Position numbers and translations under genes: made by a program. From Fibrobacteria bacterium (lineage in GTDB: Bacteria; Fibrobacterota; Fibrobacteria; UBA11236; JADFYW01), in contig JBNKOC010000011.1 in NCBI GenBank assembly GCA_050294405.1, forward strand, positions 1 through 64,000: a stretch of 64,000 nt of DNA, read 5' to 3'. This document shows positions 7,840 to 17,781 of this stretch, piece by piece; positions within the stretch are counted from its first letter, which is position 1, and each line of letters opens with the position of its first letter. A model generated the notes under the pieces. The model did no database searches. It saw only the letters and a list, made by a program, of their open reading frames with translations, and had not been told where the DNA came from.

Positions 7840-10800
7840 ATGAATAAAAAAAAAATATTGAAACAAATCGCTTTTGTATTTCTGACTTTGGTACAAAATC
7901 CTGAAATTTATGCTCAAACCTCAGCTGAATCTATTAACCCCTTTAACCAATTTACCTCAGGCAATAATGGCGTAAATTTATTTACAGGGGATGTGGCTTT
8001 GCCCCAAGACTTATATACATTATCTGGGCGTAATGGTATGGATGTTAACCTTAGCCTTCAATATTCAAGTAATGTTTTTATCAATGTATTGGCTGAAAAT
8101 GATTTAGCGCCTACAGGCTGGCTGGGTTTAGGTTGGCAATTATCTTTAGGGGGGTACATAAAATCAGAACATAAAAACACATATACAACTTTGGATGATG
8201 AATTTTTTTATGTTTCTCCTCGTGGAGTTCATCAAAGAATTTTGGAAAATAATGGTAAATTTTTTTTGGAAAAGGACCCGTATTGGAAAGTTGAACCAGT
8301 AAAAGTTGGCGTGACTGAAAATGCAAAAAGAATTATTGGCTGGATATTGATTGACCCCAATGGCATGGTATATCGCTATGGGGATCATGTCTATTACACT
8401 GAGGCTGGAACAGTTCGCAATGCAACTCGATATACCTACTCTTGGTCGAACAATCAAATCAACCATGTTGGTGAGGGTTTCGATAACCCGCATACATTAT
8501 ATGCCTATCAATGGGATTTAGCCGAAATAGAAGATTTGGGCGGCAATAAGCTAAGCTACGAATATAATCAGACCTTGGAACATATTAAATTTAAGGATTG
8601 GACTTCAGCAGAACAATATACAAAAGCTTCATATTTGAGAAGAATCACTAATCCAGAAGGTGGCATCATAGAATTTTCCTCTAAAATAAAGCATCCAAAA
8701 GAAGTAAAAGATCCTAAAAATTATTTCCCTGAACCAGATGTATTTATGGAGTTTTACGAAGATTCATTATTGCAAAAAATTGAGATTAAAAATAGGCATG
8801 GGTCCGTTATTCGTAAATTTGAATTCTGTTATAAAATTATAAATGATGATGAAGAAATGGAGGATAAGGGCAATTATTACAAGAGTCTTTTAACAAAAAT
8901 TGTGGAGAGCGACGGTGATGATACTTCAATAGGGAATATTGAATACAGCTACTATGATGATTTTAATCAGAGGGAAATTGATTTTGAAAATCCAACTTTC
9001 GACTATAATTATGGAGCTTTAAAGGAGGTTAAAGGAAAATTATGTGGGACAATTTCTTTTGAATATAAAAAGCAGACAGTCGATGTTCATAAGCAAAGTC
9101 AGGAGTTTGGTCCAGAAACATATGGACCAGATTTTAACATTGTGGGTGGACAATTAGAAAATGGAAAAGAGTACATTGCAATTATTGGGGGAGGATCCAA
9201 CAAGAATAAATTATGGATTTATAATCTTGAAAATGGGCAGTGGAAACCCCAAAATTTTTTAAAACCAGATGGAACTGTGCTTGAACCTGGTACCTTGGTA
9301 TCTCCAAAATCTTGTGAACAAGCATCCTTATATACCTCAAAAAAATATTTTATAGTTGAATCATTTTGCATCCAGTCTGGTTTCCAACAAAGTCTATATC
9401 CTGTAATTTGGGATGGCAAGAATTGGCAAATCACATGGTTTGCTAATTTGCATAGCGGGCCACATGGCTTAAGAACAGAAGAAAATTATTTTATTTTATA
9501 TCCTCAAGGAGAGGAAAGTGAGGCTAGGAGTTTTACCGTTTATAATTTAGATCAAACTCAAAAAATTTGGAAAAAAACAGATCTTTTTGTTAGAGACGGT
9601 GGTGGAATATGGCCTCGTTGGCTAAGCTGGCATACTAATAAAAATAATATTTTAGTTACCTATCAATCAGATTATTTACCTGGATATGATGGAGAGGTTC
9701 AAACTTGGAGGTGGAATGGGAATGATTGGATATCCATAGATTTCTCTGCATCATCAATAGATGAGCATTCACAATTTACCCTTGGTGAAAATTTTATTGC
9801 TGAAATTGAAGAGGACGGGGTAAGTGATATTACTGGATATGTTGAATTAGTCAGCCATGAAGCCAGGGCTTGGAACTGGAATGGGGTGGATTGGACAGAA
9901 ACTCTTAAAAGAGAGCGTCTTGATTTATTGAAATTTTCTTTTGTGAATGTTGGTTTTTCTGATATTCAAGCACACGGAACAGATTATTGGGTTGCCCGCT
10001 ATGATGATCAGGATCATGTTGGTTTATTTAATTGGAATGGTAAAAAGTGGGAAAGACCTCTAGGTTTTAATATTGTCGATATGGATTTTGATCAATTTTC
10101 AGAGTTTAAATGGAGCGGGTTTAGAGGTAAAGATTATTTTGTTGCAACCTATCCTGGGTATGATTATAAAAGATTTCTTGGATTAACAGTGTGGGTTAAT
10201 GGAAAAAATGATTTTAGAATGCGTGCTTATAATAGAGAGAACAATAATTGGAAAAGAACAGAGTGGAATTATTTAGGTGTTAGAGATACAAAACACCCAG
10301 TAGTTGGGGACAATTATATTGTACAAACAAAAGACCCGCATAAGTCTTGGGTTTGGAACGGCAATAATTGGAAAGAGTCGAAGAAATTTGGCTCGAATAA
10401 TATAAAACCTATTTCTAACACTGTGTTTGCGGAAATAATTGGGGATAAGTTTATCTTACATAGGAAGTTCCAAAATTCCCTTACCCAAAAAGAATACAGC
10501 TATGTTGTAGAACAAGTTAGATATATGGATCCCATTATAGGAGAAACACGTATATTTAGTTATGAATATAGTCCAAATAAAAGTACATATGATACAAGAA
10601 ATGGAACAGCAAAATTCAATCAAGTAACTGTGAAGCTTCCAAGTAGTGGTAAAAATATTTTTAAATTTTTTAATAGTTATGAGAATTTTGAGTTTCCTTT
10701 AGATGAAAAAAGAAATGAACAAAAATTTAAAAATGAAAATTTTTTATTACTTGATGGTTTAGTGTATCAGGTGGAATCTTATGATGTTTTTGGAAAACTT

Positions 10801-13800
10801 GTGTCAAGTACAGAAACATTTTATGAAATATTTAACGGTAATGGGCTTGGTTGGCATAACTCTATGTTTCAGGCTAGACCTATAGAAGTTTTATCAAAAA
10901 TTGAGGGTGTTAGCAGAATTCAAAAAACCACATATAACGATGTAAATGGTCAAGTATCAACTATTACAAATGAAAATAGTGGTGGTCAAAAATTGCTGAC
11001 TGAGTATAAATATGCCTTTGAATTTCCTCTAAACTCCATTATGGGTCCAGATAATAAAAACATGATTAACCAGTTAGGCAGGGTAAAAGTGTCAGAAGTC
11101 GATTTGGAAGATGAAGTAGTAACTTACCCTTTAAGGGCAAGTGGTAATATTTGGATTCAAGAACATTTAAAAGGGCCTTTTTTGAAAAATTCATTGGCAT
11201 GGAAAGTAAATAATCCAAAAGATGCTACTTACACTGAATTTAATGGCTCGCCTACCCAGGATTGGGAGTTAACTAGAACAAACTGGTATAACGAAATAGG
11301 TCAATTAGCACAAACTCAAGCACCAACTGGAGTTATTTCATCCTATAATATTGGCCATAATAATAGTCGGGTTACATCAACTATTACAAATGCTCAAATT
11401 GAAGAAGTAGCTGTGCTAACCGGAGATTATGAAGATAGTCCTACACATTTTGATTTTTTAGGTGGTTGGCTGAAAAATGAATCTGAGCTGTCAAATACCC
11501 AAACTCACTATGGAGAATTTTCCATTTTTGTTGGCGAAGGTAATGCTGGTCCATCAAATTTGGTAACAAACCTTGGGAAAAGTTATGTGTTTTCTGCCTG
11601 GGTGTATCCGATTACTTCGGACGCGTCTAATCCCATAAAATTGTCAGTCTTTCAGGGAGGAACAGAAATTTTGCCCAACGAAGGCCAATTTACAAATTTG
11701 CAGCCAGGCTCATTGGCAGGCTGGCAGTTTATTTCCAGAACAATCCCTTCTGAGGAACTATCTCTTGGGCAAATAGGAATAAGTGTTTCAGCAGGTGGTT
11801 TAGCTGAGTTTTATGTAGATGATGTCCGGTTTTTTCCAGAGAATGTCTTAGTGACGACTCACTATTATAGCGAATTGTTGGGGCAGGAGATTGCTAGTGT
11901 CTCCGAAAATAACAATGCTAGCTTTGTTGAGTATGATGCGTCTGGTCGTGTATTGGCTAATTACGCACAAGATTTAAATTTTCAAAAGGTAAAATTAAAT
12001 GAAGCTAATTATGATAATATACAGGGCTGTGTTTTAAATGCAAATGCTCAATATGGAAAGTTGAGCTCCATTGACATTTCAGCTGGACTGCTAAATTTTG
12101 AATCAGACACTTATTTATATACAGATATTAAAGTTCCTAATACTGAGGAATATTTGGACTTAGTTTTATCTCCATTTGTTTCAAGCGAAAAAGTTGCACT
12201 TAACATTAATGATGAGGGTTTTGTTACAGATTGCTGCGGTGGTGGAAAAATCCCCCCCATACCTTTAAATGTTGGTGTGAATACAATAAAAATTCAGGTG
12301 GGATCCGGTACCATTTATGAACTTCAAATTGAAAGGTTGGATGATTGCTGGAGTTTTGCAGGTGATGTGGTTTCTGATTATGTGGCATCTGATGCAAACA
12401 TAGCGTTTAATGTAGATGATCCATATATTGCATATTTAGATGAAGCCGACGATTTGGTTCATGTAAAATTATTACAAGGTAATAGTTGGGTGGATGTCGC
12501 AGGGCCAGTTTCAGATGGTCCTTCAAAGGATATTACACTAAAAATTTTTAATGGTGTCCCATTTGTTGCTTTTGCAGAAGAGCAAGATATAGTAATAGGC
12601 TCAAAAAATGGAGTACCGGTTATTCGTCCACGCTGGGTAGCTCGTGTAAAAAAATTAAATGCCGGGGCTTGGGTTCCAGTTGGTGGTGTGGATGCATCAA
12701 CTATTAATGGGAATGCTTCTAAAGGGTTTGCCGAATATTTATCATTTAATATAAACTCAGTTGATGGGAGCTTATGGATAGCTTACCAGGGCGATGTGAC
12801 TTTGGAAAATGCCAATGGGGTAACAATTACTTCGGAATGGTTAACCCGTCTTTATGTAAAGAAATTAGTTGGAAATGTTTGGACGCCCATGGGGGATTAT
12901 ATCGACCCTGTAACATATGATCCAGGAACTGGTCTACCTCTGGGAGATGGGGTTGCAGATGGAATTGTTTCGTATTTTCCAGTCTCTGAATTAGACCTTT
13001 CGATAGATGCAAATGGGTTTCCCATAGTAGCTTATGTTGGGAAGCCCTATATACCTGAAGATTTGTTGGATCCGGAAATTGGTGAAATTACAGCAAACAT
13101 GGTAATCGTTAAAAAATTAAAGCAGGGTACCACAGGCGGAGGTCAAACTTTTAGTTACTGGGGAGCGATGGAGAATTTGCCATTTGAAGATTTAAAATCG
13201 GATTTAGGCGGCAATATCCTAAATGCTCCATTTCCCAAAAGAGTTCAGTTAAGTTTTGGCAATAACGAAACCTATTTGTCCTATACTTATAGGCCGGTAG
13301 ATTTGGTTGATGGTACAACAGATGAATTCGAAGAAAGTAGTTTTGAAGTTTTAGAAGTGAGAAAGTACGATATTAGCCAGACATCTTCCGATAATACCCA
13401 TTGGTTGAGGATTCCTGAGGGAACAGATCCAAATGATTCCAGGTTATTAACTATGGAAGAGGCAGATGACTACTTTTTTGCTATAAATAATGGAGTGCCT
13501 ACAATAATATTTAAAAATAAGCGTAGTGAATCTCTCATTACCGCAATTCATTACTTGTTAGCCCAAGATAAATGGAAGTCCATTGGTAATCCAGAATTTT
13601 TTCCAGGTTCAAAAATAAGTTCCTCCCAGAGCTTGTCTATTGCTGAAAGCAATTCTGGGATACCATTTGTCGTTGTAAGGGGAAGCAGCCAAAATAATGA
13701 GCTAAGGAATGAAAAGATAAGTGCTTTAAAATACAATACTAGCTGCAAGGATGCCACTTTAGAAAATTTAGAGCTTAAAATGGCCGACAATTCAACCATT

Positions 13801-14997
13801 GAATTTGAGTTGCCTTTTCAGCAATATTTCACCCATTACAACGGAATGATGGAATATACCAGCGAAAATATTCAAATTATACCAACCATAAATACATGCA
13901 ATGATATTCTGGGAGTTTGGGCGCGCGCCAATAAAGGGCCCTGGGATTATTGGATAAAAGCAGGTGGAAGTTGTGTAAATCCATCTTTAAACTTATCGCT
14001 AGCAGAAGGTACGAATGAAGTTGAAGTTTTTGGGGTAAGCAACACAGGAAATTATGTTAAATATTCTTTAGATGTATATAAAAAGCAAAATCCAGTTAAG
14101 ACTGAACTTAGTGTACTTATTGAAGAAACAGATATAAGCCCTAAATTCGATTTTGAAATATATGATTATAACGCAATTGTCCCTTATATCCTGGAAAAGG
14201 TTAATTTTGTTGTTGATTACTCTAGTAACGTCCAAGTTTACGTAAATAATAAGTTAACTGGTTCGGGGCTTAATAATTATGTTGATTTGGCTATTGGTTC
14301 GAATACGGTGATTGTAAAAGCCATTGTAAATGGTCAAACGGAAAATGTGTATACCTTTAACATTACCAGACTTGACAATATAATCGTAAATCCAAAGCTG
14401 TATGAAATATTAACCTTTAAACATGCAACAGAAGATATCACTTATTTTCCAATTTCCCGTACTGAAAATTACCACGACTTATATGTAACAACAGATAATG
14501 ACGCAATAAGAACTGTATTGGCTGCTGGAAATACTTGTCCTACTTATATTAATGATGTACTACTTGATAGTCCAGAAACATTAATATCGTTACCTGAAAA
14601 AACAGTTAATCTTTTTATCCAAAAGGTATGCCCAGGAGTGCCCCCAGAAGAGCATCTGGTGGTTGTTCACAAAATTGGTTATCCAGAAAAAAATATAATT
14701 ATCGGGAAAAGAGAAGGAACTGAACCCGCTGGTTTTTATCATTTTTCAAATTTAGAGGAAGCTCATAGTGTGACAAACTCTTATGTTCAATCAGAGGATG
14801 AAATTAACTTGCCTTCATCTTATTTGTTTTATAGAATTAGTGATTATGGGACTAATCTAGTAGAACCACCAAATGTGGATATTACGCCTTTTGTTAAAGA
14901 TGAAAATGAAAAGCCAATATTGATAATTGGTGTATTGAAGGGATCTTCAAAATATTTAGAACTTTTGAATGAGTATAATAGTCTGGTATCACAATAA
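7840..14997 (+). CDS. Large secreted SpvB/TcB-like YD-repeat protein (Rhs B-half) with W-rich propeller, CBM-like and cadherin-like domains
   Basis: Signal peptide; VNLFTGD..LYTLSGRNG..LSLQYSS..GWLGLGWQL N-terminal motif; WNGxxW repeats; YD block ending VTTHYY..EYDASGRV; cadherin-like beta-sandwich repeats. No DPxGL core. Confidence 0.8.
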   Translation: MNKKKILKQIAFVFLTLVQNPEIYAQTSAESINPFNQFTSGNNGVNLFTGDVALPQDLYTLSGRNGMDVNLSLQYSSNVFINVLAENDLAPTGWLGLGWQLSLGGYIKSEHKNTYTTLDDEFFYVSPRGVHQRILENNGKFFLEKDPYWKVEPVKVGVTENAKRIIGWILIDPNGMVYRYGDHVYYTEAGTVRNATRYTYSWSNNQINHVGEGFDNPHTLYAYQWDLAEIEDLGGNKLSYEYNQTLEHIKFKDWTSAEQYTKASYLRRITNPEGGIIEFSSKIKHPKEVKDPKNYFPEPDVFMEFYEDSLLQKIEIKNRHGSVIRKFEFCYKIINDDEEMEDKGNYYKSLLTKIVESDGDDTSIGNIEYSYYDDFNQREIDFENPTFDYNYGALKEVKGKLCGTISFEYKKQTVDVHKQSQEFGPETYGPDFNIVGGQLENGKEYIAIIGGGSNKNKLWIYNLENGQWKPQNFLKPDGTVLEPGTLVSPKSCEQASLYTSKKYFIVESFCIQSGFQQSLYPVIWDGKNWQITWFANLHSGPHGLRTEENYFILYPQGEESEARSFTVYNLDQTQKIWKKTDLFVRDGGGIWPRWLSWHTNKNNILVTYQSDYLPGYDGEVQTWRWNGNDWISIDFSASSIDEHSQFTLGENFIAEIEEDGVSDITGYVELVSHEARAWNWNGVDWTETLKRERLDLLKFSFVNVGFSDIQAHGTDYWVARYDDQDHVGLFNWNGKKWERPLGFNIVDMDFDQFSEFKWSGFRGKDYFVATYPGYDYKRFLGLTVWVNGKNDFRMRAYNRENNNWKRTEWNYLGVRDTKHPVVGDNYIVQTKDPHKSWVWNGNNWKESKKFGSNNIKPISNTVFAEIIGDKFILHRKFQNSLTQKEYSYVVEQVRYMDPIIGETRIFSYEYSPNKSTYDTRNGTAKFNQVTVKLPSSGKNIFKFFNSYENFEFPLDEKRNEQKFKNENFLLLDGLVYQVESYDVFGKLVSSTETFYEIFNGNGLGWHNSMFQARPIEVLSKIEGVSRIQKTTYNDVNGQVSTITNENSGGQKLLTEYKYAFEFPLNSIMGPDNKNMINQLGRVKVSEVDLEDEVVTYPLRASGNIWIQEHLKGPFLKNSLAWKVNNPKDATYTEFNGSPTQDWELTRTNWYNEIGQLAQTQAPTGVISSYNIGHNNSRVTSTITNAQIEEVAVLTGDYEDSPTHFDFLGGWLKNESELSNTQTHYGEFSIFVGEGNAGPSNLVTNLGKSYVFSAWVYPITSDASNPIKLSVFQGGTEILPNEGQFTNLQPGSLAGWQFISRTIPSEELSLGQIGISVSAGGLAEFYVDDVRFFPENVLVTTHYYSELLGQEIASVSENNNASFVEYDASGRVLANYAQDLNFQKVKLNEANYDNIQGCVLNANAQYGKLSSIDISAGLLNFESDTYLYTDIKVPNTEEYLDLVLSPFVSSEKVALNINDEGFVTDCCGGGKIPPIPLNVGVNTIKIQVGSGTIYELQIERLDDCWSFAGDVVSDYVASDANIAFNVDDPYIAYLDEADDLVHVKLLQGNSWVDVAGPVSDGPSKDITLKIFNGVPFVAFAEEQDIVIGSKNGVPVIRPRWVARVKKLNAGAWVPVGGVDASTINGNASKGFAEYLSFNINSVDGSLWIAYQGDVTLENANGVTITSEWLTRLYVKKLVGNVWTPMGDYIDPVTYDPGTGLPLGDGVADGIVSYFPVSELDLSIDANGFPIVAYVGKPYIPEDLLDPEIGEITANMVIVKKLKQGTTGGGQTFSYWGAMENLPFEDLKSDLGGNILNAPFPKRVQLSFGNNETYLSYTYRPVDLVDGTTDEFEESSFEVLEVRKYDISQTSSDNTHWLRIPEGTDPNDSRLLTMEEADDYFFAINNGVPTIIFKNKRSESLITAIHYLLAQDKWKSIGNPEFFPGSKISSSQSLSIAESNSGIPFVVVRGSSQNNELRNEKISALKYNTSCKDATLENLELKMADNSTIEFELPFQQYFTHYNGMMEYTSENIQIIPTINTCNDILGVWARANKGPWDYWIKAGGSCVNPSLNLSLAEGTNEVEVFGVSNTGNYVKYSLDVYKKQNPVKTELSVLIEETDISPKFDFEIYDYNAIVPYILEKVNFVVDYSSNVQVYVNNKLTGSGLNNYVDLAIGSNTVIVKAIVNGQTENVYTFNITRLDNIIVNPKLYEILTFKHATEDITYFPISRTENYHDLYVTTDNDAIRTVLAAGNTCPTYINDVLLDSPETLISLPEKTVNLFIQKVCPGVPPEEHLVVVHKIGYPEKNIIIGKREGTEPAGFYHFSNLEEAHSVTNSYVQSEDEINLPSSYLFYRISDYGTNLVEPPNVDITPFVKDENEKPILIIGVLKGSSKYLELLNEYNSLVSQ

Positions 14998-16321
14998 TTC
15001 TCAACATTTTTATTGTTGCCTATTAGTTGTTCAACTGTTACTGTCCCCAACCCTTTTTTCCCAATCAGGAAAGAAAATTGTGGATTTAGGGTTAATGTGG
15101 ACTGAAAATTCTGAAATTTTTGCTGGTGGTGCGGCAGAAATGAAAAGTTTACTACAAGAAAGAGTAGATTCCTTTAATATTATTTTGGAAAATAGCGGTG
15201 CGAATGTGGAATTTAATCCGGCATATTTTGGCAGATCAGAGTTAATTGGGGAAGCTGATCCAAGTTCTTTTCTGGATATGCTTGTGTTCACAAGAAAAGG
15301 CAGGGTTGATACGATTCAGGCTTTTGTAAAGTTAAATGGATTAGATCATATAAATTTTACTCAAATGACTAGGTTTACCAGTGGGGCGGCAGGGCTTGCT
15401 GATTTTCCGTATAGTGGTATTAATTTTAACAGTGGGTTTTACTACAAAACTGTTTATTACCATGAATTTTGTCATTCAATTGGGTGTGGCCATGAAAGAG
15501 ATTATGTGGAAAACGGAGGAGAGCCGGATAAGTACAACTATGCTTATAGATTCTTTGACAGCACTCTTTTTAATTATCGTTATACAATTACATGTCAGCT
15601 TGGAATCTCAGAATTAGTTATCCCATATATTTCAAACCCTGATATTAATTTTAATGGGCACCCGTTGGGGTTTCCTGAAGGCTCTATAGATGAAAATGGA
15701 AATCCAAATTCAGCGGATAATGTCAGATATATAAACGAATTTGGTGCTAATAGATTAGCAACATACACAAATCGCGGAATAAATTGTGCAATTATACCCA
15801 AATATTACTACAGATCTCCTGGACAAGTGCAAGAGTACCAAGTTAAATTTGCCAATTCTTTAGCACAGAGTTTTAAGAACGTAAGGATAAAAATTAATGA
15901 AAATTCAAAAGGGACGATAGAATCGGTGAGTGATGGTGGACGAATTGAGGGCAATTCAATTATTTGGGAAAATTTGGGTGATATCGGACCTGGTGAAGTA
16001 GGTCATGCGGTTTATGGCAAAATTCTCACATTTAGCGAAAGAGTACTCACTACTGGAAAAGCCTATAGAGGAGGCAGCATATCAGCAGACGATTATCCTG
16101 CACAACAAGGCGCTTATTATGTTTTTGAAATTTTAGACAATACCCATATTATTTACGCAGAAAGTGATGTGCATAAAGATAAAATTATACTGAAATACAT
16201 GGGATTTAAAAACATAAAACTATTTGATGTAAGTAAAACCTTTGATATTCGTGGTAAAAAAATAGGATTAGAAAAATTATCAATTGTATCTGGCAAAATA
16301 CTTGTGCTCGAAAAACATTGA
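14969..16321 (+). CDS. Secreted reprolysin-like (M12) zinc metallopeptidase, paralogue 1, with DUF11-like Ig domain and C-terminal sorting tail
   Basis: HEFCHSIGCGH zinc motif at 15461; IIWENLGDIGPGE Ig-like motif; FDIRGKKI tail. True start uncertain. Confidence 0.82.
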   Translation: MSIIVWYHNNSQHFYCCLLVVQLLLSPTLFSQSGKKIVDLGLMWTENSEIFAGGAAEMKSLLQERVDSFNIILENSGANVEFNPAYFGRSELIGEADPSSFLDMLVFTRKGRVDTIQAFVKLNGLDHINFTQMTRFTSGAAGLADFPYSGINFNSGFYYKTVYYHEFCHSIGCGHERDYVENGGEPDKYNYAYRFFDSTLFNYRYTITCQLGISELVIPYISNPDINFNGHPLGFPEGSIDENGNPNSADNVRYINEFGANRLATYTNRGINCAIIPKYYYRSPGQVQEYQVKFANSLAQSFKNVRIKINENSKGTIESVSDGGRIEGNSIIWENLGDIGPGEVGHAVYGKILTFSERVLTTGKAYRGGSISADDYPAQQGAYYVFEILDNTHIIYAESDVHKDKIILKYMGFKNIKLFDVSKTFDIRGKKIGLEKLSIVSGKILVLEKH

Positions 16322-16456
16322 TTCAAATCAGCTTGAAAAATAATCTCAAATAAAAATGTCTTTCAATTATTATTCTTTTTCTTCTCAATAAAGTTGTAAC
16401 TAGATCGACCATAATTATTTAGAATATTAAAGATCATATTAATAATAAGGTTATTT

Positions 16457-17752
16457 ATGTATAAGTTGATATTAACAGGTATAATAGCTTTTACCTCAGT
16501 TTTTGTACTATCTAGTTGTCTTCACTCAGAAGATAACAAAGAAACCCCTAATGGCATTGAAGATCCAAAAGATGTGGATGACAATGATTCATTAGCTATT
16601 TTATTAGATGCACCGTTAATTTGGAAAAATGAATTCAAAAATTATTCATTGGAGTTCTTTCACTCCGTAATCGAAATTAATGATGGATCTTTGCTAGCGG
16701 TTGGGGCAACAAAAAACACTGAAAATGGTGACCAAAACGTTTTGCTTTCAAAATTTTCCTCCAACGGAAATTTAATATGGTCCTATAATTATGGCTCAGA
16801 AAATAAGGATGAATACGGAATAGAAATGGCAAAGGCTAATGGTAATGGGGTAATAATCGTAGGCCAGTCTGAAGCTTTAGATGGAAATAGTGCCGAGGGA
16901 ATTATTTTAAGCGTTGATTCTTTAGGGAATCAAGATTGGCTAAAATATTATCCCGAGAATTCCATCAATATATTTTATACCATTAGTCAAATATCCTCAG
17001 GCAATTATTTCGTTGGAGGGGGACATGGACCCTATTATATTGGTGGAGGAACTATGGCTAGTTTTAACCTTACAAGCTATGGAACTATTTCAAATTCAAA
17101 TACATTTCAATTTGAATCACATTCCTCAATGATTGATAGTTATGTGCTATCAAATGGTGATGTTTTTATGCTTGGCTTTGGTATTCCATTTCAAGAACCT
17201 ATCAGGCCTTGGGTTGCTAAAATGCATAATTCTGACTATTATCCCGATTGGATTGAGGGCTTCTATTCTGAAGTAATAGGCCAAATTTTTGCAACTAGCT
17301 TAGCCATGTCACATAATGGAAATTTAATTGTTGCGGGTGGAATCCAAAATCCTACAGATTATTCTAAATATATAATGGATCCTCTTGTTATTACCTTTGA
17401 TGTTAATACTGGAGATACATTGTCCATGAAAACACTTTCTAATCCTGCTAAGAATAATTTATATTATGATTTTGAACCAACTCGTGACGGTGGTTATATT
17501 GCCGTAGGTACAGCTGAGGATAGTGATCTTCAATTGGCAGATAATATTTTGATCAATAAATTGAATTCCAGATTTGAATTGGAATGGGAGCAAATAATAC
17601 AATCCGACTCTCTGCAAAGCGTTGCTTTTGATGTTATTCAAACTTCTGATGGAAAATATGTAACTGTGGGGAAAATGAATGGAGGCAGTGTAGATCCCAT
17701 TAGTTTTAATAGTGGCTCCTATGGAAATGCGTTTATATTAAAATTTGAATAG
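16457..17752 (+). CDS. Beta-propeller lipoprotein
   Basis: Lipobox LSSC; repeated (T/S)xDGGYxxVG and GNxxW blade motifs. Confidence 0.8.
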   Translation: MYKLILTGIIAFTSVFVLSSCLHSEDNKETPNGIEDPKDVDDNDSLAILLDAPLIWKNEFKNYSLEFFHSVIEINDGSLLAVGATKNTENGDQNVLLSKFSSNGNLIWSYNYGSENKDEYGIEMAKANGNGVIIVGQSEALDGNSAEGIILSVDSLGNQDWLKYYPENSINIFYTISQISSGNYFVGGGHGPYYIGGGTMASFNLTSYGTISNSNTFQFESHSSMIDSYVLSNGDVFMLGFGIPFQEPIRPWVAKMHNSDYYPDWIEGFYSEVIGQIFATSLAMSHNGNLIVAGGIQNPTDYSKYIMDPLVITFDVNTGDTLSMKTLSNPAKNNLYYDFEPTRDGGYIAVGTAEDSDLQLADNILINKLNSRFELEWEQIIQSDSLQSVAFDVIQTSDGKYVTVGKMNGGSVDPISFNSGSYGNAFILKFE

Positions 17753-17781
17753 TATTTTAATTTTTTTCGATAAATTAATAG

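Noticed and set aside
941..14997. T6SS effector locus or complete ABC (Tc) insecticidal toxin
   Set aside because: No PAAR, VgrG, Hcp, EagR or TcA-like gene is in the window, and both proteins have Sec-like N-termini.
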